Positions 22,361 through 31,066 of a stretch of 64,000 bases of DNA are shown here, piece after piece (positions within the stretch are counted from its first letter, which is position 1; the number at the start of each line of letters is the position of its first letter). Position numbers and translations under genes: made by a program. Source of the DNA: Nocardioidaceae bacterium (GTDB lineage: Bacteria; Actinomycetota; Actinomycetes; Propionibacteriales; Nocardioidaceae); contig JBBJMF010000004.1 of the NCBI GenBank assembly GCA_037719575.1, forward strand, positions 132 through 64,131, in the 5' to 3' direction. The notes below the pieces were generated by a model. The model ran no database searches. It saw only the letters and a program-made list of their open reading frames with translations, and had not been told where the DNA came from.

Positions 22361-22713
22361 GCAGCTTCCAGCGGGCCTGCGCACTCGACGACATCGCGAT
22401 CGGCGCAGTGCTCGCCGTCGGCGTGGATGGTACCGACCTCGCTGTCGTGCGCACGCGTGACGAGGTCTTCGCCATCCACGACGAGTGCTCGCACGCGGCG
22501 ATCGCGCTCAGCGAGGGGGACGTCGACGCCGACGGCTGCGAGATCGAGTGCTGGCTGCACGGGTCGCGCTTCGACCTCCGGACCGGAAAGCCCACCGGGC
22601 TGCCGGCCACCGAGCCGGTGCCCGTCTATCCGTGTCGCGTCGACGCCGGCGACGTTCTCGTCGACGTCCACAACCCGCACCCCATCGACCAAGATCCGAT
22701 CGGAAAGAGCTGA
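22357..22713 (+). CDS. Rieske [2Fe-2S] ferredoxin-like protein embedded in the suf operon
   Basis: Rieske ligand boxes 'CSHAAIAL' (CxH) and 'CWLHGSRF' (CxxH). GTG overlaps the sufD stop (GTGA). Ends 1 nt before the sufC ATG. Confidence 0.85.
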   Translation: MSSFQRACALDDIAIGAVLAVGVDGTDLAVVRTRDEVFAIHDECSHAAIALSEGDVDADGCEIECWLHGSRFDLRTGKPTGLPATEPVPVYPCRVDAGDVLVDVHNPHPIDQDPIGKS

Positions 22714-22714
22714 C

Positions 22715-23479
22715 ATGGCCACGCTTGACATCACCAACCTGCACGTCGCCGTGACGACTGACGACGGCCAGAAGCCGATCCTGCGCGGCGTCGACCTCAC
22801 CGTCCGCTCCGGCGAGACCCACGCCATCATGGGCCCCAATGGGTCAGGCAAGTCGACGCTCGCCTACTCGATCGCCGGCCACCCCAAGTACACGGTGACG
22901 GCGGGCGAGGTCACCTTGGACGGGGTCGACGTGCTGTCCATGACCGTCGATGAGCGGGCTCGAGCCGGCCTCTTCCTCGCCATGCAGTACCCGGTCGAGG
23001 TCCCCGGCGTGTCGGTGTCCAACTTCCTCCGGACGGCGAAGACGGCGCTGGACGGCGAGGCTCCCAAGCTCCGCACCTGGGCAAAGGACGTCCAACAGGC
23101 CATGGACAAGGTGCAGATGGACCGCGACTTCGCCCAGCGCAACGTCAACGAGGGCTTCTCCGGCGGCGAGAAGAAGCGCCACGAGATCGTCCAGCTCGAG
23201 CTGCTCAACCCCGCCTTCGCGATCCTCGACGAGACCGACTCAGGTCTCGACATCGACGCGCTGAAGGTGGTGGCCGGAGGGGTCAACCGCTTCCGGGCAC
23301 AGCAGGACCGGGGCGTGCTGCTGATCACCCACTACACCCGCATCCTGCGCTACATCCAGCCCGACTTCGTGCACGTCTTCATCGGTGGCCGGATCGCCGA
23401 GCAGGGCGGTCCGGAGCTCGCCGACCGTCTCGAGGCCGAGGGCTACGACAAGTACGTCAAGACTGCCGTGCTCTCATGA
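22715..23479 (+). CDS. sufC: Fe-S cluster assembly ATPase SufC
   Basis: Walker A 'GPNGSGKST', 'FSGGEKKRHEI' signature, 'AILDETDSGLD' Walker B. Confidence 0.95.
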   Translation: MATLDITNLHVAVTTDDGQKPILRGVDLTVRSGETHAIMGPNGSGKSTLAYSIAGHPKYTVTAGEVTLDGVDVLSMTVDERARAGLFLAMQYPVEVPGVSVSNFLRTAKTALDGEAPKLRTWAKDVQQAMDKVQMDRDFAQRNVNEGFSGGEKKRHEIVQLELLNPAFAILDETDSGLDIDALKVVAGGVNRFRAQQDRGVLLITHYTRILRYIQPDFVHVFIGGRIAEQGGPELADRLEAEGYDKYVKTAVLS

Positions 23480-24756
23480 CACAGACAGACATCCTGCTGC
23501 CGGCGGTCGCCCGGTACGACGTCGACAAGGTCCGGGAGGCTTTCCCCATCCTCTCGCGCGTGCTCGCCGACGACCGGCGGCTCGTCTATCTCGACAGCGC
23601 GAACACGTCGCAGAAGCCGCACGCGGTCATCGACGCGATGAGCGACCACCTGTCCACGCACAACGCGAACGTGGCTCGGGCGGTCCACCAGCTCGGAGCG
23701 GAGTCGACGGCCGCCTACGAGGCGGCGCGCGACAAGGTCGCGGCCTTCATCAACGCGCCATCTCGGAGCGAGGTCGTCTTCACCAAGAACATCACCGAGG
23801 CACTCAACCTGCTGGCTCGGGTGCTCGGTGACACGGCGGGCCCGCTGCGGGTGGGGGAGGGCGACGAGGTCGTCATCACCCAGATGGAGCACCACTCCAA
23901 CATCGTGCCCTGGCAGCTGCTGCGTGATCGCACCGGTGCGCGGCTGCGGTGGTTCGGGCTCACCGACGAGGGCCGGCTCGACCTCTCGAACATCGACGAG
24001 CTGATCAACGAGCGGACCAAGGTCGTCTCGCTGGTCTGGGTCTCCAACATGCTCGGGTCGGTCAACCCGGTCGCCGACATCGTGCGACGCGCTCACGACG
24101 TGGGTGCTCTGGTGATCGTCGATGCCGCCCAGGCGGTGCCCCAGATGCCGGTCGACGTCGCCGCGCTCGGTGCCGACTTCGTGGCGTTCACCGGCCACAA
24201 GCTGGTGGGACCGACGGGCATCGGTGTGCTGTGGGGTCGCGCCGACGTGTTCGCCGACCTCCCTCCGTTCCTCGGCGGCGGCGAGATGATCGAGACCGTC
24301 ACGATGGAGCGGTCGACGTACGCCGGTCTGCCGCACCGCTTCGAGGCCGGCACGCCACCGATCGTCGAAGCGGTTGGGCTTGGCGCCGCCGTCGACTTCC
24401 TGTCGTCGCTCGGCATGGACGCGGTCGCGGCCCACGAGCAGGAGATCCTGGGCTACGCGCTGGCCCGCCTGGGCGACGTCACGGGGGTCAGGATCCTGGG
24501 CCCGGCCGAGCCCGTCGACCGTGGTGGAGCGGTCAGCTTCGAGCTGGCCGGGGTCCACCCCCACGACGTGAGCCAGCTGCTCGACTCGCTCGGAGTCGCC
24601 GTCCGCGCTGGCCACCACTGCGCACGCCCGGCGCACGCCAGGTTCGGCGTCCAGTCGTCGACGCGTGCCTCGTTCTACCTCTACACCACGACCGCCGAGG
24701 TCGACGCGCTCGTCGATGGCCTCGAGCAGACCAAGCGCTTCTTCAGAGTTGCCTGA
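23476..24756 (+). CDS. sufS: Cysteine desulfurase SufS (group II)
   Basis: PLP-Lys motif 'FTGHKLVGPTGIG' and catalytic-Cys loop 'RAGHHCARP'. ATG overlaps the sufC stop. Confidence 0.95.
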   Translation: MTQTDILLPAVARYDVDKVREAFPILSRVLADDRRLVYLDSANTSQKPHAVIDAMSDHLSTHNANVARAVHQLGAESTAAYEAARDKVAAFINAPSRSEVVFTKNITEALNLLARVLGDTAGPLRVGEGDEVVITQMEHHSNIVPWQLLRDRTGARLRWFGLTDEGRLDLSNIDELINERTKVVSLVWVSNMLGSVNPVADIVRRAHDVGALVIVDAAQAVPQMPVDVAALGADFVAFTGHKLVGPTGIGVLWGRADVFADLPPFLGGGEMIETVTMERSTYAGLPHRFEAGTPPIVEAVGLGAAVDFLSSLGMDAVAAHEQEILGYALARLGDVTGVRILGPAEPVDRGGAVSFELAGVHPHDVSQLLDSLGVAVRAGHHCARPAHARFGVQSSTRASFYLYTTTAEVDALVDGLEQTKRFFRVA

Positions 24757-24769
24757 CGATGGCTGTGAC

Positions 24770-25222
24770 ATGAACAACGACATGGAGTCGCTGTACCAGG
24801 AGATCATTCTCGACCACTACCGGGCACCTCGTCATGCCGGCTTGCGTGAGCCGTTCGACGTCGAGGTGCACCACGTCAACCCGACGTGCGGCGACGAGCT
24901 GACGCTTCGCGTGCGCTTGCATGGTCACCTAGTGGAGGACATCTCCTACGACGCCGAGGGCTGCTCGATCTCCCAGGCCTCGACGTCGGTCCTGACCGAC
25001 CTGCTGATCGGCAAGCCGGTCTCGGAGGGGATGGGCGTCCTCGACTCGTTCGTCGAGCTCATGCACGGGCAGGGCCGGGTGCAGCCCGACGAGGACATCC
25101 TGGAGGACGGCATCGCGTTCGCCGGGGTGGCGAGATTTCCTGCGCGCATCAAGTGTGCGCTGCTGGGGTGGATGGCATGGAAGGACGCGGCAGCGAACGC
25201 TGCCGCAGAAGCGGAGGCTTAG
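24770..25222 (+). CDS. sufU: SUF system NifU-family Fe-S scaffold / sulfurtransferase SufU
   Basis: 'LYQEIILDHYRAPRH', 'NPTCGDELTL', 'GCSISQAS', 'RIKCALL' SufU/IscU-like Cys ligand motifs. Confidence 0.9.
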   Translation: MNNDMESLYQEIILDHYRAPRHAGLREPFDVEVHHVNPTCGDELTLRVRLHGHLVEDISYDAEGCSISQASTSVLTDLLIGKPVSEGMGVLDSFVELMHGQGRVQPDEDILEDGIAFAGVARFPARIKCALLGWMAWKDAAANAAAEAEA

Positions 25223-25573
25223 ATGACGGACCACCTAGCGGCTGACCTGGCTGCGGCATCACCTTCGGTCTCGGCCGGTGACGTGCTCGAGGCACTCAAG
25301 GACGTCGTCGACCCGGAGCTCGGGATCAACGTCGTCGACCTCGGGCTCATCTACGACGTGTCCGTGGACGAGGCCACGACGGCGACGATCGACATGACGC
25401 TCACGTCGGCGGCCTGCCCGCTCACCGACGTCATCGAGGACCAGACCCGGCTGGCCCTCGAAGGGCTCGTCAACGACTTCCGCATCAACTGGGTGTGGAT
25501 GCCGCCGTGGGGCCCGGACAAGATCACCGACGACGGCCGGGAGATGCTGCGCGCCCTGGGCTTCAACGTCTGA
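25223..25573 (+). CDS. sufT: DUF59 (MIP18/SufT-like) Fe-S assembly factor
   Basis: 'DVVDPELGINVVDLGLIYD' and 'LTSAACPLTDVI' DUF59 motifs. Last gene of the suf operon. Confidence 0.85.
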   Translation: MTDHLAADLAAASPSVSAGDVLEALKDVVDPELGINVVDLGLIYDVSVDEATTATIDMTLTSAACPLTDVIEDQTRLALEGLVNDFRINWVWMPPWGPDKITDDGREMLRALGFNV

Positions 25574-25675
25574 CCCGACCGTCCCGCTGCACATCCTTCG
25601 GACCGGGGATCGTTGACGAGCAGAATTGCTGCATTCGAGTAGGCTGCGAGGAATCGTTTCTCGGGAGGCCGTTCC

Positions 25676-25942
25676 ATGCGCATCGAATCACGCATGTCCC
25701 GAAGCATGTCGCCACCATGGCGTGTCCATTCAACCTTGTCGGCAGTGGCCGACGTCCCCGTTGCGGCCGTGGCCGTCGCCCGCCGGCTCGCGGCAGTGTC
25801 CGCGCGGGCCGACGACGTGGTCGGGGTGGCCGACGAGATGTATGCCGCGATCCGACGCCATGGCTCGCGGCGAGGTGCCGCGCCTGAGACCGATGCGCTC
25901 GTTGACGAGCTGCTGCCCGGCTACCGCAAGTCCGCTGCCTGA
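25676..25942 (+). CDS. Hypothetical 88-aa protein upstream of acVLRF1
   Basis: ATG 25676 lies 7 nt after GGGAGG (25663-25668), with a TAGGCT -10-like box at 25640-25645. From 25745 on the codons are G-first/GC-third ('VADVPVAAVAVARRLAAVSARADDVVGVADEMYAAIRRHG'), whereas the alternative frame reads P/R/W/S-rich junk. No recognised family. Confidence 0.45.
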   Translation: MRIESRMSRSMSPPWRVHSTLSAVADVPVAAVAVARRLAAVSARADDVVGVADEMYAAIRRHGSRRGAAPETDALVDELLPGYRKSAA

Positions 25943-25973
25943 GCCGCCGCCCGGGCAGGGACGTCGCGTCCGG

Positions 25974-26582
25974 GTGCCGTTCGACCGGGTCCCCGGATGG
26001 GTCGAAAGGTACGACGCCGCCCACCCGGACACCAGGTGGGCCGTCGAGCCCGGCGCGGCACGCGGGGAGAGTGCCGACGGGACGCGCGTCATCATCGCCG
26101 TACCGTTCGAGCCGATGGCGGACGTCAGCCTCGACGGCCTGGCTGCCCATCTGCAGCTGCCGTGGCAGGTCGGGATCGTGCTGGTTCGCCGGGGCGGGTT
26201 CGCCGTGGCCCGCCTTGACGGGGCGACGGTCGACGCCTCCAAGATCGGCCGGCGGCACGTCCAGGGCAGGACCAAGGCCGGCGGCTGGTCCCAGCAGCGG
26301 TTCGCCAGGCGGCGCGACAACCAGGCTCGCGCGGCGTTCGATGCTGCCGCGGAGCATGTCCAGCGCCTGCTCCTCGGATCCGCCCGACCCCTGGCACTGC
26401 TGGCCACGGGGGGCGACCGGCGGGCGGTGGCGAGCGTGCTGGCCCATCCGGAGCTCGCCCGGCTCGCCGACGTCCCTCAGGTCTGGCTGGGCGGTCTGCC
26501 AGATGCCACCCGCGCTGTGCTGGACGCCGCCATCGACCAGGTCAGGTCCGTCGAGATCACGATCACCGACCCGACGGACTGA
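25974..26582 (+). CDS. acVLRF1-family (Vms1/ANKZF1-like release-factor fold) putative peptidyl-tRNA hydrolase
   Basis: Hallmark block 'HVQGRTKAGGWSQQRFARRRDNQARAAF' (Gln loop), N-terminal 'VPFDRVPGWVERY' and 'LATGGDRRAV'. GTG 25974 is preferred. ATG 25860 would overlap the better-coding 88-aa frame. Confidence 0.7.
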   Translation: MPFDRVPGWVERYDAAHPDTRWAVEPGAARGESADGTRVIIAVPFEPMADVSLDGLAAHLQLPWQVGIVLVRRGGFAVARLDGATVDASKIGRRHVQGRTKAGGWSQQRFARRRDNQARAAFDAAAEHVQRLLLGSARPLALLATGGDRRAVASVLAHPELARLADVPQVWLGGLPDATRAVLDAAIDQVRSVEITITDPTD

Positions 26583-26616
26583 CATTGCCCCTGCCGTCGG
26601 CGTGTGGTCCGGTGCC

Positions 26617-26672
26617 AAGCGGCAGTGATGACAGATGGAGTCGGGACGGTCTGCGCTGATCACTGCCCGCTT
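26617..26672. terminator. Long hairpin between convergent genes (candidate bidirectional terminator)
   Basis: AAGCGGCAGTGAT (26617-26629) pairs with ATCACTGCCCGCTT (26659-26672): 13 bp with one bulged C, 29-nt loop with an inner CAGA/TCTG stem. No U-tract. Confidence 0.35.
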
Positions 26673-26749
26673 GTGAACGCCACCCAGCTCAGACCGCACC
26701 CGTCACCGACCCAGGCGAAGACCGCACTCGCCACCAGGGGAGAGTCCGG

Positions 26750-27688
26750 TCAGAGGGCATCGGGGGCGAAGGTGTTGCACGAGGCGATCGTGCCTGAGCG
26801 GTAGCCGGTCGTGAACCACCGCACGCGCTCGGCTGCCGAGCCGTGCGTCCACTGCTCCTCGTTCACCTGCCCCTGGGTCTGCCGCTGGATCCGATCGTCG
26901 CCGACGGCCTGGGCCGCGTTGACCGCCTCCGCGATGTCGGCCTCGGTGATGCCGGAGATCAGGATCTGGCCGTTCTCATCCTTGACTGTCGACGCGGCGT
27001 GCACCCAGGCGCCGGCGAAGCAGTCGGCCTGGAGCTCGATCCGCACGGAGGCGCTGGTGGGGCCGGTGGCCGAGCTCTGGTTCTTCGCCAGCGTGCCGCG
27101 CAGGTCCTGCACGTGGTGGCCGTACTCGTGCGCGACGACGTAGGCCTCGGCGAGGTCGCCGCCGCTCGCACCGAGCTGGCCCTGCAGCATGTCGTGGAAG
27201 AACGTCGGGTCGAGGTAGACCTGCTTGTCGACGGGGCAGTAGAACGGTCCCTGGCCAGCCGTGGCCTGGCCGCATCCGCTCGGGGTCGACGAGGTGAACC
27301 AGACGATCTTCGCCGGCTCGTAAGGGACGTCCGCCTGTTCCGGAAGGGCCTGCGCCCAGAAGTCCTGGACCGACGTCACGTCGTACCCGATCCGGCACTC
27401 CAGGGTCGGCTCGCCCGTGCCGGTCGAGCACTGCGAGAGGTCCGTCGGTTGGGTTGCGTCGCCGTCGGACGACCCGCTGCCGGTCAGGCGCGGCACCACG
27501 AAGACGAGCAGAACGACCACCACCACCGCGACGAGCCCGATGCCGCCGCCGGCCCGGCTGCCCGGGAACATCGACCCGCCGCCCCGGGAGAGGCCCATCG
27601 GCATCCGGAAGCCGGAGCCACCCGACCGCTGGCCGCGCCGGTCGACGATCTGGCTGGTGTCGATCTTGGCCTTGCGGTTGAACTTCAT
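26750..27688 (-). CDS. YpfJ-like neutral zinc metallopeptidase (membrane-anchored)
   Basis: 'MKFNRKAKIDTSQIVDRRG', Gly-rich segment, TM helix, 'FYCPVDKQVYLD' and zinc motif 'VVAHEYGHHVQ'. ATG 27688 is preceded by GGAGGG. Confidence 0.85.
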   Translation of the reverse strand: MKFNRKAKIDTSQIVDRRGQRSGGSGFRMPMGLSRGGGSMFPGSRAGGGIGLVAVVVVVLLVFVVPRLTGSGSSDGDATQPTDLSQCSTGTGEPTLECRIGYDVTSVQDFWAQALPEQADVPYEPAKIVWFTSSTPSGCGQATAGQGPFYCPVDKQVYLDPTFFHDMLQGQLGASGGDLAEAYVVAHEYGHHVQDLRGTLAKNQSSATGPTSASVRIELQADCFAGAWVHAASTVKDENGQILISGITEADIAEAVNAAQAVGDDRIQRQTQGQVNEEQWTHGSAAERVRWFTTGYRSGTIASCNTFAPDAL

Positions 27689-27839
27689 CTCGATCCCTCC
27701 GCGGATCCACACCGCCGATATCGACGTGCCCGTCCGTCGAGCCCGCATGTAGCCTAGTCGGAGCCCGCCGACCCCGACGTCTGCCAGTACCGCCCGCCGC
27801 TGGGCGATCCATCGCCCCGGAAAGCACCGCTGACCTGTC

Positions 27840-29438
27840 ATGATCACCGCTCACCACCTGCAGATCCGGGTCGGGGCCCGAAGCCTCATCGAGGACGCCA
27901 GCTTCCGGATCGGGCCGGGCGACAAGGTTGGCCTGGTCGGGCGCAACGGTGCGGGCAAGACGACGATGACCCGCATCCTCGCCGGCGAGGGACAGCCGAC
28001 GGGCGGGTCGGTCACTCGCGTCGGCTCGGTGGGCTACCTCCCGCAGGACCCGCGAACGGGCGACCTCGAGGTGATGGCCCGTGACCGGATCCTCTCCGCC
28101 CGCGGGATCGACGACGTCGTACGACGGCTGCGGGCTGCCGAGCACCAGATGGGGAGCGACGACCCGTCCCTGCGGGACAAGGCGATGCGCCGCTACACGA
28201 CAGCCGACGCGGAGCTGCACTCGGCCGGCGGGTTCGCGGCCGAGGCGGAGGCGGCCCAGATCAGCGCCAGCCTGGGGCTGCCCAACAGGGTGCTGGCCCA
28301 GCCGCTGCGGACGCTGTCTGGCGGGCAGCGCCGACGCGTCGAGCTCGCGCGGATTCTGTTCTCGGGAGCCGAGACGCTGCTCCTCGACGAGCCGACCAAC
28401 CACCTCGATGCCGACTCGATCGGCTGGCTGCGCGGCTTCCTGAAGACCCGCCGCGGCGGCCTCGTGGTGATCAGCCACGACGCGGCGCTGCTCGGCGAGA
28501 CCGTCAACCGGGTGTTCCATCTCGACGCCAACCGGGCGGAGGTCGACGTCTACAACGTCGGGTGGTCGACGTACCTCGCCCAGCGGGAGACCGACGAGCG
28601 GCGGCGCAAGCGTGAGCGGGCCAACGCCGTGAAGTTGGCGAGCACGCTGTTCGCGCAGGCCGACAAGATGCGGGCGAAGGCGACCAAGGCGACCGCGGCG
28701 CAGAACATGGCGCGCCGTGCCGAGCGGCTGCTCGCGGGGCTGGAGGCGGAGCGCCGCCAGGACAAGGTGGCGCGGCTGGCGTTCCCCACGCCGGCGCCGT
28801 GCGGGAGAACGCCTCTGATGGCGCATGAGCTCTCGAAGTCGTTCGGGTCACTCGAGGTGTTCACGGACGTCGACCTCGCGGTCGACAAGGGCAGCCGGGT
28901 GGTGATCCTCGGCCTCAACGGCGCCGGGAAGACGACGCTGCTGCGCATCCTCGCCGGCCTGGACGCGCCCGACACCGGCCGCGTCGAGCCCGGTCACGGT
29001 CTCCGGCTGGGCTACTACGCGCAGGAGCACGAGAGTCTCGACCTGACGCGGACGGTGCTGGAGAACCTGCAGTCGTCGGCTCCGGACCTGACCGAGACCC
29101 AGGTGCGCAGCGTGCTCGGGTCCTTCCTGTTCTCGGGCGACGACGCGACCAAGCCCGCTCGCGTGCTGTCGGGTGGGGAGAAGACGAGGCTCGCGTTGGC
29201 GACCCTCGTGGTGTCCGCGGCGAACGTCCTGCTCCTCGACGAGCCGACGAACAACCTCGACCCGGCGAGCCGGCAGGAGGTGCTCGGCGCGATCCGCGGC
29301 TATGCGGGCGCGATCGTGCTCGTCACCCACGACGAGGGGGCCGTCCTGGCGCTGCAGCCCGACCGGGTGCTGATCCTGCCCGACGGCGTCGAGGACCTCT
29401 GGAACGAGGAGTACGTCGACCTGGTCGCGCTGGCCTGA
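27840..29438 (+). CDS. ABC-F family ATPase (two NBDs, no TMD; ribosome-associated class)
   Basis: Walker A 'GRNGAGKTT' and 'GLNGAGKTT', signatures 'LSGGQRRRVELA' and 'LSGGEKTRLALA', charged inter-domain linker 'RETDERRRKRERANAVKL'. Confidence 0.9.
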   Translation: MITAHHLQIRVGARSLIEDASFRIGPGDKVGLVGRNGAGKTTMTRILAGEGQPTGGSVTRVGSVGYLPQDPRTGDLEVMARDRILSARGIDDVVRRLRAAEHQMGSDDPSLRDKAMRRYTTADAELHSAGGFAAEAEAAQISASLGLPNRVLAQPLRTLSGGQRRRVELARILFSGAETLLLDEPTNHLDADSIGWLRGFLKTRRGGLVVISHDAALLGETVNRVFHLDANRAEVDVYNVGWSTYLAQRETDERRRKRERANAVKLASTLFAQADKMRAKATKATAAQNMARRAERLLAGLEAERRQDKVARLAFPTPAPCGRTPLMAHELSKSFGSLEVFTDVDLAVDKGSRVVILGLNGAGKTTLLRILAGLDAPDTGRVEPGHGLRLGYYAQEHESLDLTRTVLENLQSSAPDLTETQVRSVLGSFLFSGDDATKPARVLSGGEKTRLALATLVVSAANVLLLDEPTNNLDPASRQEVLGAIRGYAGAIVLVTHDEGAVLALQPDRVLILPDGVEDLWNEEYVDLVALA

Positions 29439-30170
29439 TCAGGCACTGAGCCGGCCGACCACGCTCTCCATGGCCGCCATGACGCACGCCTGGGACTCCG
29501 GCCCGTAGTCCATGGCGTCGAAGCCGTGCTGCCCGCGCGGCTGGTCGATGATCTCCAGGTCGAGCGCGGTGTCCCTCGCGGCGGCGACGAACCTCTCCAC
29601 GGCGGCCGCAGCGTCCTCGGCCTCGAGACCGACGCGGGTCAGCACGAACGGCAGCGGCTCCACCACCGATGAGACCGCCTGGACCGGCCGGAACCCCTCC
29701 GGCAGGTCGCGGCCCGGACGCGAGTCGAGGATCGGGTAGGTCGCTGCCAGCACGCGGAGCCACGGCGGAGGGCCGGCGAGGAGAGGCGCCAGCAGTGGCC
29801 CACCCCCGGAGAAGGCCCACACGGCGACCCGGTCGGCGTCCACCCGGTCGTCAGTCCGTGCCGTCTCGGCGGCGTCCAGGACGTCGCTGTAGGCCACGCC
29901 CCACGTGTCGACGTCGTGCAGCCGGTGGTCGACCGTGAGCCCGACGACCCCGTTCGCGGCGGCGAGAGCGCCGTACCCGCGGTAGACCGGCCAGTCGCGT
30001 GGGCTTGCCGGCAGGTCTTCCGGGATCGGCCCCCCGTGCACGAAGACGACGAGCGGTCTCGGCTCGCCCGCCTCGGGGTCGAACAGGTCCGAGCGGCCGT
30101 GGCGCTCACGTGGGACGGCAGGTGTCGCGAGGACGAACTCTGCTGTCCACGGAGGTCTCTCGTCGGCCAT
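29439..30170 (-). CDS. Alpha/beta hydrolase (esterase/dienelactone-hydrolase-like)
   Basis: 'LVVFVHGGP' oxyanion-type block and 'VAVWAFSGGG' nucleophile elbow. Confidence 0.65.
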   Translation of the reverse strand: MADERPPWTAEFVLATPAVPRERHGRSDLFDPEAGEPRPLVVFVHGGPIPEDLPASPRDWPVYRGYGALAAANGVVGLTVDHRLHDVDTWGVAYSDVLDAAETARTDDRVDADRVAVWAFSGGGPLLAPLLAGPPPWLRVLAATYPILDSRPGRDLPEGFRPVQAVSSVVEPLPFVLTRVGLEAEDAAAAVERFVAAARDTALDLEIIDQPRGQHGFDAMDYGPESQACVMAAMESVVGRLSA

Positions 30171-30209
30171 GGGCCGACCGTAGCCGCGTGGTCCGCTGGC
30201 GTCACCTGG

Positions 30210-31001
30210 TTATGGATCGTGCTGACCGAAGGCGGCCGCCAGGGCTCGGATGCGCTTGACCTGCGCGGCACGCTCGGCGGCCAGCTGGTCGCCGTACCCG
30301 CGGCTCGTCGCCGTCTGCAGCAGCGCCTTGGTCGCAGTGACCGCGTCGGCCGGTGCCGCGACGATCGCCGCGACCAGGTCGGCGACGGTGCTGTCGAGAT
30401 CTCGACGCGGTACGACGATCGTGGCCAGCCCGAGGTCTCGTGCCTCGGCCGCCTCGACCCAGCGACCGGTGACGCAGATCTCGAGGGCGCGGGCATACCC
30501 GACCTGGTCGACGAGGGGTTGGGTGCCTCCCAGATCGGGGACCAGACCCAAGGTCGTCTCACGCATGCACAGCCGGGCGTCGTCGGTGAGCACGCGCAGG
30601 TCGCAGGCCAGCGCGAGCTGGAAGCCCGCCCCGACCGCGTGCCCCTGGACCGCGGCGACCGAGAGCAGCGGGGGGCGCCCCCACCAGGAGAAGGCCTGCT
30701 GGAACGAGGCGATGGTCTCGTCGAGCTCGAGGTCCGTGAGCCTGGCCAGGCGGGCGAAGGACATCTCCGAGGTGTTGTCCGGGTCGAACATCGCGAGGTC
30801 GAGACCGGCGCTGAAGGACTCGCCCTCGCCACGGACGACCGCGACCCGCACCCCCGTCGGAAGCTCGGCGCCGATCTCGGCGATGGCGGCCCACATCCTC
30901 GGCGTCTGGGCGTTGCGAACCTCCGGGCGGCAGAGCGTGATGGTGGCAACCGGGCCGGCGACCTCGAGCCTGACACCCAGCTCCGGATGGCCCTGCGACA
31001 T
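30210..31001 (-). CDS. Enoyl-CoA hydratase/isomerase family protein
   Basis: Crotonase fold blocks 'TLCRPEVRNAQT', 'VVRGEGESFSAGLDL', 'AAVQGHAVGAGFQLALACD'. Confidence 0.85.
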   Translation of the reverse strand: MSQGHPELGVRLEVAGPVATITLCRPEVRNAQTPRMWAAIAEIGAELPTGVRVAVVRGEGESFSAGLDLAMFDPDNTSEMSFARLARLTDLELDETIASFQQAFSWWGRPPLLSVAAVQGHAVGAGFQLALACDLRVLTDDARLCMRETTLGLVPDLGGTQPLVDQVGYARALEICVTGRWVEAAEARDLGLATIVVPRRDLDSTVADLVAAIVAAPADAVTATKALLQTATSRGYGDQLAAERAAQVKRIRALAAAFGQHDP

Positions 31002-31066
31002 GCGGCGAGCCTAGTCAGCCTCGAGCGCGGGGTGGGGGTTGGTCCTTGGCGGTAGCGTCGTCAGCG

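Noticed and set aside
25860-25973. Earlier ATG start for the acVLRF1 gene
   Set aside because: It would add a Pro/Arg/Ser/Cys-rich segment and overlap the end of the 88-aa frame, which has the better coding signature. Family N-termini, as I recall them, begin near the 'VPFDRVPGWVERY' block. An alignment is still needed to settle this.
29436-29441. TGATCA palindrome formed by back-to-back stop codons of the ABC-F and hydrolase genes
   Set aside because: It is simply two abutting convergent stops (TGA and TCA), with no further symmetry around them.
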